A stretch of 64,000 bases of DNA from Aplysia californica (Eukaryota), in assembly GCF_000002075.1 (NCBI RefSeq), contig NW_004797749.1, positions 245,407 through 309,406 on the forward strand, given 5' to 3'. The notes under the pieces are model-generated. The model ran no database searches. It was not told the origin of the DNA and was given only the letters and a program-made list of their open reading frames with translations. The position numbers and the translations under genes are program-made. Every line of letters starts with the position of its first letter. Position 1 is the stretch's first letter. Positions 12,891-24,984 of the stretch are shown here, one piece after another.

Positions 12891-14958
12891 TATAGACTTG
12901 TACTCCTGGACCACGCACTGTCATGGCCCCCGTTATTTGCTCAACCCCACCCCTTAACCCTCCCCCTCCCCAATCAATAAAAGCAAAATATAAAAAAAAA
13001 CAATAGCCCAAGTTGACAACAACAACAAAAAGAAAGCAAAACAAACCCCCAATCCCCCCCCCCCTCCCCCCGCCCTCTCTGCTGGCGACGAATACAGACA
13101 AAGGAAGTCATTTCGAAAGCAGAAAACTACACCCCCCCTTCCCCCCTTCGTAAAGTGCGGGGGAAGTGAATCTTTACAAACATGACCTATCAACAGGGAC
13201 GGAAGGAGGACCCACCAATTCATTACTTTCCTTACAAGAACTTTTTAAATTGGTGCATAATGCGTTTATGGGTAGTTTTTATAAAAGAAATTTCCGCCTT
13301 TTCGAAAATAAGATAAGATAAGATAATACTTCATTATCCCAGAGGGAAATATTTTTGGGCTATACGGGACGGTAAAATAGCATGCAGGAATACATAACAA
13401 ATTTAAATTATATATTTCTCACAAAATGTACATGTCACATCAGATGCACCATTCAACCACATGCAGGGATTCAATTACAAGAGAGCTATTTAGATAGTAG
13501 ATATTATACACACTCGAAAGAGCAATACACATTGATGCTTATTCTGACAATACAAGGTAGTGTTATGCTAGATGTTAATAAAAATTTCTTTTATATCTTT
13601 ACTGTCTTTGTTTTTAGAGGTACATATTATCTGCCGCTACGTGATCTTACAATATGCGTGGAAAGGGGGTGTGATGGGTCGTTTATAATGCTTTTCATCT
13701 TTTTTATTCTTGTGGTGTATACACTGCGACGATGTATTTTAGTGCAATACTAGAAAGTCTTCGCTAGCACACGACTCCCAGCCTTCATTTGTTTTGGTTG
13801 CAAAGTTTAAAATCAAAGCTATCTCTATTCTCACGAGAACATGTAATATAATGAACTGAAGAATCCAAGTTATAATGTTGTTTTTTTGTTGGTATGTTTA
13901 TATATTATTTAATTTTGAAACCATTATGTGGGGTTGGATTGTGTTGAAAGCGGATGAAAATTGGAGCTCAAAACATTGCACTGGTGACTTTGCACTGACA
14001 CACTCAAAACAATCAAAAACACAAGAAATATGGCACAGCTGAAAGACATAAGATTCATATTAAGAAATAGACCGTGTAAAAATTTAGTAAGCGTAAAAAT
14101 ACATAAAAATTATGGAAATCTGCAAAAATGTCATCGCCACTTCGTTATGAATTTTATGTCAAACAAATGGTTTTTGAATGAATTGTATCTGTTCCAAATT
14201 GCAACGTTCAAGTTCACATTTTGTGTGAGACATTCATAAAAGAAGTTGTAAAGTTTTTTTGTTTTTTTTTGGATCACCCTGTAAATGTAAGTATTATTGT
14301 CGTTAACCTTTTACCTCCATTCAAAAGAGACGTAATTATCATACGGAAGTACTGAATCTGCTGGGCGGTCAAGTGGATGATTAGTGGACCTTGGGCTGGC
14401 TGGTTACCGGTTGTTGGCTGGGGATCTATGTGAGAAAATTCGGAAATATTGATAACTTGTGGAAACATTCAAATTTTTGCTAACATATACCCCCAAAGTT
14501 TCGTCAACTGAGTCTCGGGGGTCCATTGCCGTTGGGCTCACTGTTTTAATTTTAAAGATAGATCAAACTACTTACATAGATCCACAGGCCACTTAGACTT
14601 GCCCTTGTGTGACAAATTTCAGACTGTAGCTGTAATATTTTCTATGAAATTCATGAACACTAAGAAACTGGTTTGACATTCCAAAATGACTTCCACAGAG
14701 ACCCGCTTTTCAGCTCCAATCAGCAAATTTACCCTTAGAACATACTATATATATACATGTGAACTTCTTCTTGCACAATTACTCAGCAGTGAATAAAAGT
14801 CATTTGTTTGGAATATTTTTCCAGGAGTGTACGTCTCCCCTTTAAGGGGCATGGTAGACTCTAGGAAGAAATCTTCAAGCGAGAGGGAGGCTCTTTTTCG
14901 ACTCCATTGTCATTATACTCAGAAGCACCTCCACTCATCATCATCATCATCATCATCG

Positions 14959-15012
<54 letters not shown>

Positions 15013-17866
15013 GTACCACAAAGTATGCACACGATTGTTGAAATACTTGTTCCAAAGAACTAGAACTAGTCAGAATAGGGCATTGATATTTGGGGACTGG
15101 AGCTTTAATTCGGACTAATTTGACTATGAAACGACTTCCCAATTGTTTTTTTTAAATCAACTGAAAAGCGTTTCAGCTTTGTTCTAGATAGAAGTAATTG
15201 TCAAAATGCTTGATGTCACAGGCAAATAATATAATGTGATATAAAACAAAATGGCGCAGGAATAATCAACTTGTCGTAATGCAAAGCATCAATTCAAAAC
15301 CTCTTTCATATCGCGGTGTGGCACTCTCCAGTTAAGTATTTTCTCCCTTAGGACCAAATCATGTGACTACGAGGTACGATATATCACAATGGAACTCAAA
15401 TCTTAAAACGCCAGTTCAGTGCAATACACGCCCATCTAACAGATCACCCCATGATGTATGCACGTAAGCACTGCTTCTAGTAAAGCAACATGCTGATTAG
15501 GCACACACTGACCCCTTCTTACCGGATTTCCTACTGACAACAAACGAAAGTTCTTACCTCCGAGGAAAAAGCGTCTTTTCAGATTGTTCTCCTCAGCCGC
15601 ACAGACAGACACTAGCAGGACAGCTCCCACGAGGAGTGCACAGATTTGTTTGGCGTTCTAAAACAGAAGAGGAAACAAACTGATAAAATAAAAGATCACC
15701 AGTGGTTGGCCTGGGATTTATTCATCATAAGATTTAAAAAAAAAAAAAATTAATGAGTGGATGAACAACGCCCACTACCACTCAAAAATAAAAAATAGGC
15801 TCAAGTAAATAAAAGAAATGAAAACGGGAAATATAATTACCTACAGAAAAAGTAAAAGGCAACTTCTTCTGTCCACGCAGAGTGGATTTTTTTCTTTAAA
15901 GAGTGACACGCACGATTTGACAATAATACGAGACAATTTCGAACTTTAGAAGTCTATAGAAATAACACATGTTGAAAACATTGTATGACTAATACGTACC
16001 GGTACTTCAAATCTCAGACGATCTATAACTTTACTGATCAGGACTGCAACTCATATAAACATATTCTGTATAAACATTTACGCACTAGCTGGGCCTCCTT
16101 TCGACGAAAGGAATTATCGATGTATTAACATCAGGTGAAAGTCATTGGCCTACTATACTTACATTCTACTGGAGGGGAGCAATAAATCCGGAGAGATGCA
16201 AAGAATTAGAAGGTTTAGATATAGTGATATATATTGATTCTCTCTTCCGCTTTCGTGGTTGTACACTCCAGAATTTCAAAGGTGTAGAAATAGTGCGCAC
16301 GGCTATTAAACGGAAACCTCACTTGTTTACAATGGTGTCTTAGAGGACGGACTTTCCCAAGATTACATCTAAACGAAACTAATGAAAAACTGAAAATTAA
16401 ACTACTGTGATTTCAGGCTCCTCAATAGAACTGTGCACCCTTTAAATGATTCTGAACCAACATTAATAATTTGGTCAAATTCGAAAGTTAAGAGGGTCCG
16501 AAGTTTTAGGCGGCGAAAGTGACGGACTTTCACAAATATAATATGTATAGATTATGGTATCAATAAATCTAGCCTTTGATTGTTGCCTAGATCTACAGTT
16601 TATTGTACTTCAAAGGATTATTGTGGTGACAAATTTCAAAGGGGGGCTCTCGAGACCTAGAGGTTAAGGTGTTCGCCTCTCATTCAATAGGTCTTGGGTT
16701 CGAATCCGGATAGGGACGGAACATTTTCTGCTTTCACATCCTTTCCTGCTGTCTAGATCTAACTATGTTTTGACATCAACCTCCCCCCCCCCCCTTCCCC
16801 ACTTTTGCCCCCTCCTCTGGGCTCCTGACTCTTTTCTACTTCTACTCCTTCGTTCATTCTTATTGTTGTCTTTCATCCACACGTCTCATCTTCTGGTCGG
16901 AAAAATCTACACATAGCCTTTATGGACAAGGGTGAAAAATCTCGTTAAAGATCCCTTTGTTGTCCAAAATTGATAAGAGTAGGCTTCGGCCGCCGCCTGG
17001 ACAAAATTCAAAATTTCCTACAAATTGAAAATGTTCAGTGTGTCCCGCGCGCTCATATGACCATATGCCGTTACGAGGGCCGTAAAACACTGAACAAAAA
17101 TATAAAATAGTAAAAGAAAAAACAATTAATTAAAAATTCAAAGGTCTTGTAAGATTGGGTATATTTTCCTTAAAGTATTTGCTTTAAAAGAAAGACAGCT
17201 GTTGATGAAGTAACACTAGTAGGGTACATTTCTCGTTGTATTACTTCGTCGTTATAATAGAGCATGCTCGCTGCTTTGCGCAATTGGTCAAGGCTTTGGT
17301 CTGCGTCAGAGAACTGTAGGCTTGACCTGAGGGGGGTTCTGAATTTCCGTGTCCTTCCAAGAGAAAATCTTTAGTTGCCCCACTGTCCTAAAGGGGACCA
17401 AACACCCTGTCCACAAATTTCAATACTTATGTTTTGTGGTGAAGCACTAACATACTGACAAGATTTTCGCTGTCTATGGCCGAGTACCATAACAACCTGG
17501 ATGAAGTGATTGAAATTCGTGTAAAGTACCTTTCTCAAGGACACAACGTCGGGCCTGAAGCTCAACTCCACGAACCCGCAACATCACATTACGAGTATTT
17601 TACCCTAATCCCTTGACTACCAACGCACCGTGTTATCAGATCCAAAAAGGAAAAAAAGAGACGACAATGATAATGTTAGTCTATGTTACCAGGACTTCCT
17701 AAATGTTTCTTTCAGACTACACAATAGACTCAAAATAAAACCCCGAAAGAAATAGTTTTGCCATCGCAGTAATACACGGTTGATCTTCTATGTTTTCTTT
17801 CTAAAAAAAACCCACAACAAAATATTTTGACCTCAGCAATATCACAACAAACTCCAGACTTACCAT
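11815..17866 (-). CDS. Paralog A: small secreted peptide precursor, 78 aa, 4 exons. MNAKQICALLVGAVLLVSVCAAEENNLKRRFFLGDPQPTTGNQPAQGPLIIHLTAQQIQYFRMIITSLLNGGAAPAGK
   Basis: Manual splicing on the minus strand: ATG 17866-17864 then gtaagt; exon 2 15657-15558 (ttttag...G|gtaag, 100 nt); exon 3 14425-14315 (ctcacatag...G|gtaaa, 111 nt); exon 4 11837-11815 (tcttccag...TAA). All phases are compatible. TATA box upstream, AATAAA downstream, and the same layout in B and C. Confidence 0.8.
11900..12888 (+). mobile_element. 5'-truncated L2-clade LINE in intron 3 of paralog A (antisense to the gene)
   Basis: ORF 11891-12661 has L2/CR1 ORF2 C-terminal motifs (WMTENKLKLNDDKTE, SRIDYCNSL, LKELHWL, FKRGLKTHLF) and an (ATT)n tail at 12805-12888. 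The orthologous site in paralog C (about 46045) is empty. Confidence 0.9.
14420..14845. mobile_element. Possible non-autonomous TTAA-type (Kolobok/T2-like) element abutting exon 3 of paralog A
   Basis: Absent from paralog B. The right end reads ...CTCCCCT-TTAA; the left end reads GGGGATC... without the TTAA, so the terminus is incomplete. Confidence 0.35.
14935..15012. repeat. (CAT)n microsatellite in intron 2 of A
   Basis: Direct reading; orthologous to the (GAT)n tract in B. Confidence 0.95.
16084..16552 (+). mobile_element. Helentron/HINE-like non-autonomous insertion in intron 1 of paralog A
   Basis: Starts ACTAG, has an early hairpin CCTTTCG-A-CGAAAGG, ends ...TATAGAT; absent from the homologous intron of B (about 29480). 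Confidence 0.4.
16642..17135 (+). mobile_element. tRNA-derived SINE with Deu/Nin-like central domain (intron 1 of A)
   Basis: A/B boxes (CCTAGAGG; GGTTCGAATCC), TAAAGATCCC...TAAGAGTAGG...CAAAATTC core, tail GCGCTCATATGACC...CCGTAAAAC. Flanked by a TTCAAAGG repeat. Confidence 0.75.
17440..17632 (-). mobile_element. CORE-type SINE in intron 1 of A; orthologous copies in B (27093-27395, 27806-28061) and C (50230-50590)
   Basis: Homologous to the 7755-8117 element; same intronic position in all three paralogs. Confidence 0.65.
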
Positions 17867-17923
17867 TTTGTCTCGTAAGCTGTATCTTGATCGCAAGATG
17901 GCAACACCTCTTTTTTAGGTGGC

Positions 17924-17930
17924 TTTTATA
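17924..17930 (-). promoter_or_regulatory. TATA box of paralog A
   Basis: TATAAAA 64 nt upstream of the ATG, followed about 30 nt later by GCCATCTT (likely start region). Same position in all three paralogs. Confidence 0.75.
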
Positions 17931-18492
17931 GAAAATAATAGCGCTCACGTTGCAGAAAAGTAAACAGGACTGTGAAGCGTTTTTCCGCCTACTCAGGAAT
18001 CCTGACGATGGGTTATAGGAGGGAAAAACGAATAAACAGCACGCACGGTGAGTTGCACAAATATTTCTTCATGTTGGAAACCGAAATAACCCGTTTGTTT
18101 ATTCTTGCTTACTCAGAGCTATACTTTTGTCTCTCACAGGTACAGCTGTCAATACTGCTCATTGTTCAGGTGTCAGGTCTAGAGCAGGCAAAGACGCTTT
18201 TAGTACCCCACTATTTCCTGTTGCCCGTCATCCTGTTTAGCTTGGGTTTTTTTCTAAGTGTGTTAATTGTTGCAAAATTAAGGGAGAGCGGGAAGGCCCC
18301 GGACAGGTCAGTTCTTGCAAACTATTGATCCTACACACTTTGTCACTGATCACATGGAGTGTCATGTGAGGCTTAGAGTGCTGTGTTTTTGCCGCAACAC
18401 TATGCGACACTTTGCATCTCTGCTTAGAAGGAAATTATGTTTTTGATAAGGGTGTAGCTAATTATTCACACATTAGTTTGTAAGGTTTACAC

Positions 18493-19319
18493 CAGGGGCG
18501 GCCCGTGGGGCTAAGAAGTGGACGTGCACAATTAAGCTATCGTATTCTGAAGATAGTCAAGGGCATAGTAAATGAGACGGTGTGCAATTTTAGGATCTTT
18601 GGGTTCGAAAGGGAGGACCTCGTGCTTTTATTTTCATTCTTTTTACTTGTCGTTTTAATTTCTAGTACTAAATTTGTTTGTTAGCTAAACATCAATTTCG
18701 TTCATCCTGTATTGGAACTGAACACTCAAGTAATAACTTTCACTGCTCCACTACAAAACCATTCAAAGGAACAACTCATAGGACTGTCACGTTCACCTCC
18801 CTCAGGTTCCCGTCACAGAGCCACTTAAAATAGTGGCAAGACAGACAATGAACCAATCACAATTCACTTGAGCACTCCGCTGGATTGCTCCGGGGCTCAC
18901 ATAATATTGGCAAAGAATAGCGTACGGTCTATCGCGTTTATTTTTAGACTGCCTACTGTGGGCTATGTTTCGGCACTATTCGGCTGGAGCACATTTGACA
19001 TGTGCCGTCTTATTAATGTTAATGTACCGCCAAACTCGCTACGAGTGTCGTCATCGCTTGGGTTATCCACAAGAGCAATTTATAGGTCAGGTTACACCGT
19101 TTAATATCCTATTATGTTTAGCTATAGCATGTGGACTTTGGCATGGCATAGTTAATGTTTTACGGCGGTATAGACACAGAATTGACAGTTATGGCGCCAG
19201 TGAGGACCTTGTTTTGATATAATATTTGGCTAGTGTTTGTTTCTCGCTTCTTTTATTTTATTATTGTGGGTGTTTTGGGCGGCACTGCACGACCCTGCTC
19301 TATGGACGAACCGCACCTG
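18493..19319. mobile_element. hAT-type MITE upstream of paralog A
   Basis: 8-bp TSD GTTTACAC (18485-18492 and 19320-19327); TIRs CAGGGGCGGCCCGT / CAGGTGCGGTTCGT. Single-copy empty site in B (about 26253-26260). Confidence 0.8.
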
Positions 19320-20139
19320 GTTTACACGTTACAATAATGCACCAATCATTTAAAAATACAAATATGTATCTGAGCCTGAGGGTATCTGTTACATATCGAA
19401 TTCATAAGATTAAACCTAGCTTTCATGATGTCAGTTTTATTAACATGTTCCCAATACTTGTTCTACCCCCAATGTAGAGAGAGAGACTTCGTACAGGGAA
19501 TGGGGTGACTTCGTACACTATCCAAAGTCTCCCAACGAAAAATGTAAGCATAGTGGGAATGAGGGTGGCTATGAAAATCGAACGTTTTTAAAAACATATT
19601 CTTGTGTTGTATTTTACAGAATGCAACCATGTCAAGGAAACATAAGGCCTCCGAAGGAAGAGATCCTTTTAGATCACAAAAAACATGAAACTTGCCGTGC
19701 ATGCACTTGCTAGTAAATCATTGCCTTTGTGTGGTGCAGAAACTATGCCCATTGCATAGAGTTATCTCCTTTTTAGACTAGTGCACATTTATGGTAAGCC
19801 TACATAGTGGAACAATCTACCCAGAAAGACTATTTAAAACGGTGTGAAGACATTGATGATTATACAATTTAAAAAAAAGGATTTTTGTGTCTTTGATAAA
19901 TGTTCGAGGACGTTCTTCTGATCTGACGTTTGTCACAATATGAAGTTACGGCGAACGATATACACTGAAATCGTGCCAGAAACTTGGCATAAGAACAAAA
20001 TCAACCCTAAAACTAAAAGACTGGCTTTCCGTTTTTTTATATAAAAGTAGGTCACTTCTCGTTGACCCTAAAGAACTTGACGTTGTAGTTATCGAGTTTA
20101 AGATTACTGTAGGGAGAGGGGGAGGGGGGGGGGGGGGTA

Positions 20140-20640
20140 TTGTGCTCCAGAGATTACGGTGTTTGCCTCTCATTCGATAGGTCCCGGGTTCGAATCCGGA
20201 TAGAGATTGATTTTTTTTCTCTTAAAGTTTCTCCTTTCACTTCTTTTTCTGCTCTCTAACAATGATCTGTCGTCTGCTTTTGTCGCCACTTTCTGCCCCC
20301 CCCCTCCCTCACCCCCCCAACTTCTGGGCTCCTGTAGCCCTTTTGCTACTTCTTGGTTCTTTCTTACTGCTATCTTCCAGCCACACTCCTGATCTTATGG
20401 TAGGTAAGATTTAACACTTAGCCTTCTCGGATAAGGGAAAAATATCTCGGAGTGTGAAGTTGTGCACGTTAAAGATCTCTTGGTGGTCGAACATCGGTAA
20501 GAGTAGATTTCGGCCGCCACAACAGGCAAAATTCAAAATCCCCCCCCAAATATTCATTGAGTTCCGCGCGCTCCTACGACCTTAAAAAATATGCAGTTGC
20601 AAGCACCGTAAAACAGTTACCAAAAGAAAAAGGAAAAAAA
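20140..20640 (+). mobile_element. tRNA-derived Deu/Nin-like SINE upstream of A (orthologues at 24985-25470 minus and 51815-52125)
   Basis: GGTTCGAATCC B box, GCACGTTAAAGATC core, and the same 3' tail as the other copies. Confidence 0.72.
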
Positions 20641-20952
20641 AAAAGAGATTACTTTGAAAGGTGTCTACTTCGTTGGGAAAATGGTGTCAGAAAAGGTCAA
20701 AGAGGGTGACTCCTCGTGACCCTAAAGAACTTGAAGTGAAGATGACTTCGAGTATCTTACCTAAGAAAATCGAATAAGACAGTAATGCTTTCAACTATTC
20801 ATATTATGTGGAAGATATGGCCATTGTAAAATGAGAGCAGTTCTTCCTCCTCCGATTTGAGACTCAACAAATAGGTCTAACAGTTCTTACAAGTTTGTGG
20901 TTAAAGTTCCCTGTGTGTTTGAGGTTCATCTACGACAGATCAAACAAAGTGC

Positions 20953-23219
20953 TTTACTTTACTTTTACTTTTACTTTTTTCTTCCGCTTGTACGGGTGGG
21001 TGTCGCAGGGAGACACAGGCGTCTGTTTGCAGCAGGGCGAGTGGCCTGTAGGAAGGACATCCCGTGAGCTCTGAGGGTGTCTGCCACAGATTCACTCCAT
21101 CGTCGCCTTGGTCTTCCTCTGGCTCTCCATCCAGAATATTTAATGTTGTATGCTCTCAGAGCTGGATGGTTTGAGAGCATCCGCGTGAGGTGTCTGAACC
21201 ACTTGACCTTTTGTTTTTCAATGTGTGGTAGGACTGGTGTTGCTCCTACGGTGTCCCTTATGACTTCATTTTAAATTTTGTCTCTTGTTTTGTTGACCGC
21301 TCTTCTTAAGCATTTCATCTCGTATGTGACCAGTTTCCTCTCAAGGGCTTTTGTTAGGGACCATGTCTGGCACTGATATGTGAGTGTTCGAAGGAAAATG
21401 GCGTTGATGAGCTTCGCCTTGGTGTTTCAGGAGAGGGCCGAGTTGATAGCTGACTGCGTTGGCTCTCTGGCATCTAGTCTCTATTTTTGATCTAATTTTC
21501 CATTTTCTGTGAAAATGCTGCCCAAGTATTTGAATTCTCTGCTTTGTTTTAGTTGGGATCCGCTGATGTTGATATCCACTTGTCTGGTCTCCTGCTAATT
21601 GTCATGACTTCGGTCTTGCTAATACTGATCTTCATGTCATATTTCTCGCAGCTTGCATTTAATTGTTTCACATGCTCCTGTAGCTGGGTCTTGTTGTTCA
21701 TCATTGCCAGGTCGTCTGCAAACATGAGTTCGTTGAGTGCCTCTGTGTCTGGATTGGCCTCCTTTGTCATCTGGTCCATGTAGATCACGAAGAGCATAGG
21801 GGAGATATTGTAGCCCTGTCTGACTCCAGATGTTACTGGAAACCAGTCTGATGTTCCACTGGCAGTGCGGACTGTGCTTCTGCTGTTAGCATATATAGCC
21901 CTGATGTTGTCTAGCAGTTGTCCCTTAATGTCGTACTGCTCTAAGATCTTCCATAGCTTGTTTCTATTTACTCGATCAAAGGCTTTTTCTTGATCCACAA
22001 ATACGAGATGGAGATCTTTGTCGTATTCCAAAGCCCTCTCACACAGTTGTTGGAGTGCGAAGATTGCATCAGTGCACCCTCTTTCTTTTCTAAAACCAAA
22101 CTGGGCGTCACTGAGAAGATGTTCGGCTTTTGCGCGAGTGCGTCGCTCTAGAATCTTTGCATACATGGCTGAGAAGAGATATGTCTCTATAGGTGTAGCA
22201 GTCTTTCTTGCTGCCCCTTTTCTTCCATATTGGTACCACTATCGCATTTTGCCAGTCTGCTGGTACTTTTCTTTCTTTCCATGCTTTCTGGAAGATGATT
22301 GTAAGTCAGTGTATTTCGGTTTCACCGCATGCAAGGATGGCTTCGGTTGTGATGCCATCGTCTCCAACTGCCTTGTTCTTTGGACTAGTCTTCAGTGCTT
22401 CTCTCACTTCACTCTCCAGGATGGTAGGTTCTGAGTGCTCTGGGTAGTTGGCGGTGAAGGGGCACTGTGTGTTTTGTGCCTGTACTCCTGATGGGTTTAG
22501 TAGTTCTTGAAAATATTCTTCCCATCTCTTTATTATTTCTTTCTCTTCGTGTAGAGCTTCTCCATTAGTATCATTGATGACAGTGGTGGGTACAGAGGGT
22601 TCGTCTCTAACTCTCATTGTCTTCACCTTCTTGTAGAACTCTCTTGGTGAGGTCTTGCAGGTGTCACTTAGTTTTCGCCATACTGGGTCCATGACTTTTC
22701 TTTTGATGTTATAACGACTTTCTTGCTGTGTCTTCTTGCAAGTCTATATTTAATGTAGTTATCTTCGTTTCTTGACCTGACCCATACATTATACAGTCTC
22801 TTTTTTTCCTTGATAGCATCCTTATCTTCTTCGTTCCACCAGGCTATTGCTTTTCTGTATTTTCCTCTTGTTTTCTTGGTACCACAGACTTCTTTCATTG
22901 TGTCCAGGAGAGTTGTTTTGAAGGTATCCCAAGCTTCCTCTACGGTCAGTATTGTAGAGTTGATAGAGCCTAGCTTTTCATTTAACGTGCTTCTGATCTG
23001 AGCCTGCACCTGATCATCTCCAAGTTTGTGCATATTTAGTTTCTCTTGCTGTCTTTTATGTTTTTTTGGTTTTCTTTCTTTCTTGGTGGTCAACGTTGTG
23101 ATGATTGGACTGTGGTCTGTGTCCAGGCCTGCATTGGGGATGGCTCTTGAGTCTGTGATTGTTATCCGCATTCGTGATCTCGCTAATATGAAGTCGATCT
23201 GTGATGAGACTCTGATGTT
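20953..23219 (-). mobile_element. 5'-truncated RTE-clade LINE, frameshifted
   Basis: Endonuclease end (QIDFIL...TDH), RT motifs (QFGFR, VDQEKAFDRV, GVRQG, FADD) and RARGRPRRRW; (AAGTA)-type tail; 11-bp TSD AAACAAAGTGC at 20942-20952 and 23220-23230. Absent upstream of C. Confidence 0.92.
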
Positions 23220-24984
23220 AAACAAAGTGCAACACTTGAAATTCTTTTTGGAAAAGAGAATTCAGAGTTACTGATTTTAATATACAGACTTTGTTTCCTT
23301 TAGCTGTTTTGATTTGGATGAGTCATAACGCCTATCAGAACACAATAACTGTCAGGTCATTTGAGCTGGTGGATCTCCGATTTATGCCCCCCTCCACCAG
23401 GACGAAACAGGGAGCCATGACAACCTATAAAATGGTCCATTTTCAAGAAAACACGTGCCTGAATCGAACCACAGTTCATTTCTCAGAAAGAAATAGCGAT
23501 ATTAGCTTAGCAAATAATGCACCTTCGTGAATCTTGTGTTCTCACAAAATCCAGACGTTTACAGACTTGGAAATGAACGTGATAAATACTTTTTATCTTT
23601 CTTTATCGCCGCAAATACTAGCTTGTTATTAGAGGCTCCATGTAGCTCTGTTTTTACAATAATAAGGGGAAATTTCAAGTAAAAACATACACATATGTGC
23701 ACAAAAGCGGACTGGTCTATAGATATGGTTGGCTCACTGTTTTCTACAAATTCCAGCGAGTGTGAATTACACTTTCACACCTCAAACAAAAGGTGGAAGT
23801 ACAGATGTATGCTGTGTCGAAGTTTTGCCTATCAAAAATAATATTATCTGGTACATGAAACACGGTGTCTGACGTCATCTGTCTTTGTCCAAAGTTTCCC
23901 TTACGTTTGACAAAAGTGTCCCGCAGAGAGACCTGCACCAGAAGTGAGCAATGCCCTACCCATAAGAGAAGTTTGGTTTCATTGGTGTTTATATCTGTTT
24001 GGTTATAGAGAACGGGGCAAAAACTTTACCTTCGATTTTCTCAAAACAGCATTTTTTTCTTGATAGCCTCCTTATGCTTAAAAGCGACNNNNNNNNNNNN
24101 NNNNNNNNNNNNNNNNNNNNNNNNNNNNNNNNNNNNNNNNNNNNNNNNNNNNNNNNNNNNNNNNNNNNNNNNNNNNNNNNNNNNNNNNNNNNNNNNNNNN
24201 NNNNNNNNNNNNNNNNNNAAGAAATGACCCAAGTGATAAATTGATAGAAGTAAAACTATGTCATAAAACGAGCTCGTTTATCTATCGTTAGTTGCAGCCT
24301 ATGTAAATTTGATTCAGCTATTACAGCAGTAACAGCGACCTTTAAATCACGCCAGACTTATAAATTGCCAAAGCCTGGTGTATAAATGCGTGCGTGCCTG
24401 ATGAAAGGTAGTGTAACACGCATCTGCATGAATTGATATACTGGGCAGTAAAAGTAAAAAATCGTTGGAGTTTAAAAAAAATTGTGTTCCATTAAAATGT
24501 TATTCTTTAGCCGTTTGGTGATTTTTCTATTTATATTTACAAGGCTTTGTGTTTATTCAATGCTTAAAATGTATGAAGATGTTCTTTGACACCGTCATCT
24601 TACTTTATAACAGAGATTGCGTGAGAACATATTTGACAAAACAGTTTAGTGAGGGATGGAAGATTTATCGCAATTGTACCCTTTTCCACTTCACGAGCCA
24701 AGCCAAGCCACAAAGCGACTGTTTGAAGTTCTTAGCATTGTCATTGACGAAGATTTCTACAACTCATTCATAAAAATCAACCCCTTAACATCTCTTACCA
24801 AAATTTAGGTTAGCTTGTATCCTTCCTAGTGGTGTTTAGCACACACGCGCAATAATGCAATGACTTAGTAAAGAAAGGGAGGCTGTGAGCATGCATGTAC
24901 TCGAAGTCACCCTCTTTGTCTTTTTCTGACACAATTTTCCCAACGAAATAGACACCTTTCCCAGTAATCTCTTTCCCTCCACCC

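Larger units (their letters stand above)
1850..23930. repeat. Segmental duplication unit carrying paralog A; direct homologue at about 42560-53050 (paralog C)
   Basis: Collinear blocks: 1850-2580 with 42560-43270; 4280-4410 with 43305-43430; 8710-9240 with 44390-44855; 9600-9950 with 45050-45395; introns; and 23230-23930 with 52340-53025. Confidence 0.8.

Noticed and set aside
14274-14314. Read-through of the exon-3 donor giving GKR (amidation plus dibasic site) in A and C
   Set aside because: GK arises automatically from a phase-1 G|GTAAA donor, and B has GKW. The downstream AG would define only a 36-nt intron. A conserved exon 4 with polyA signal explains the gene end better.
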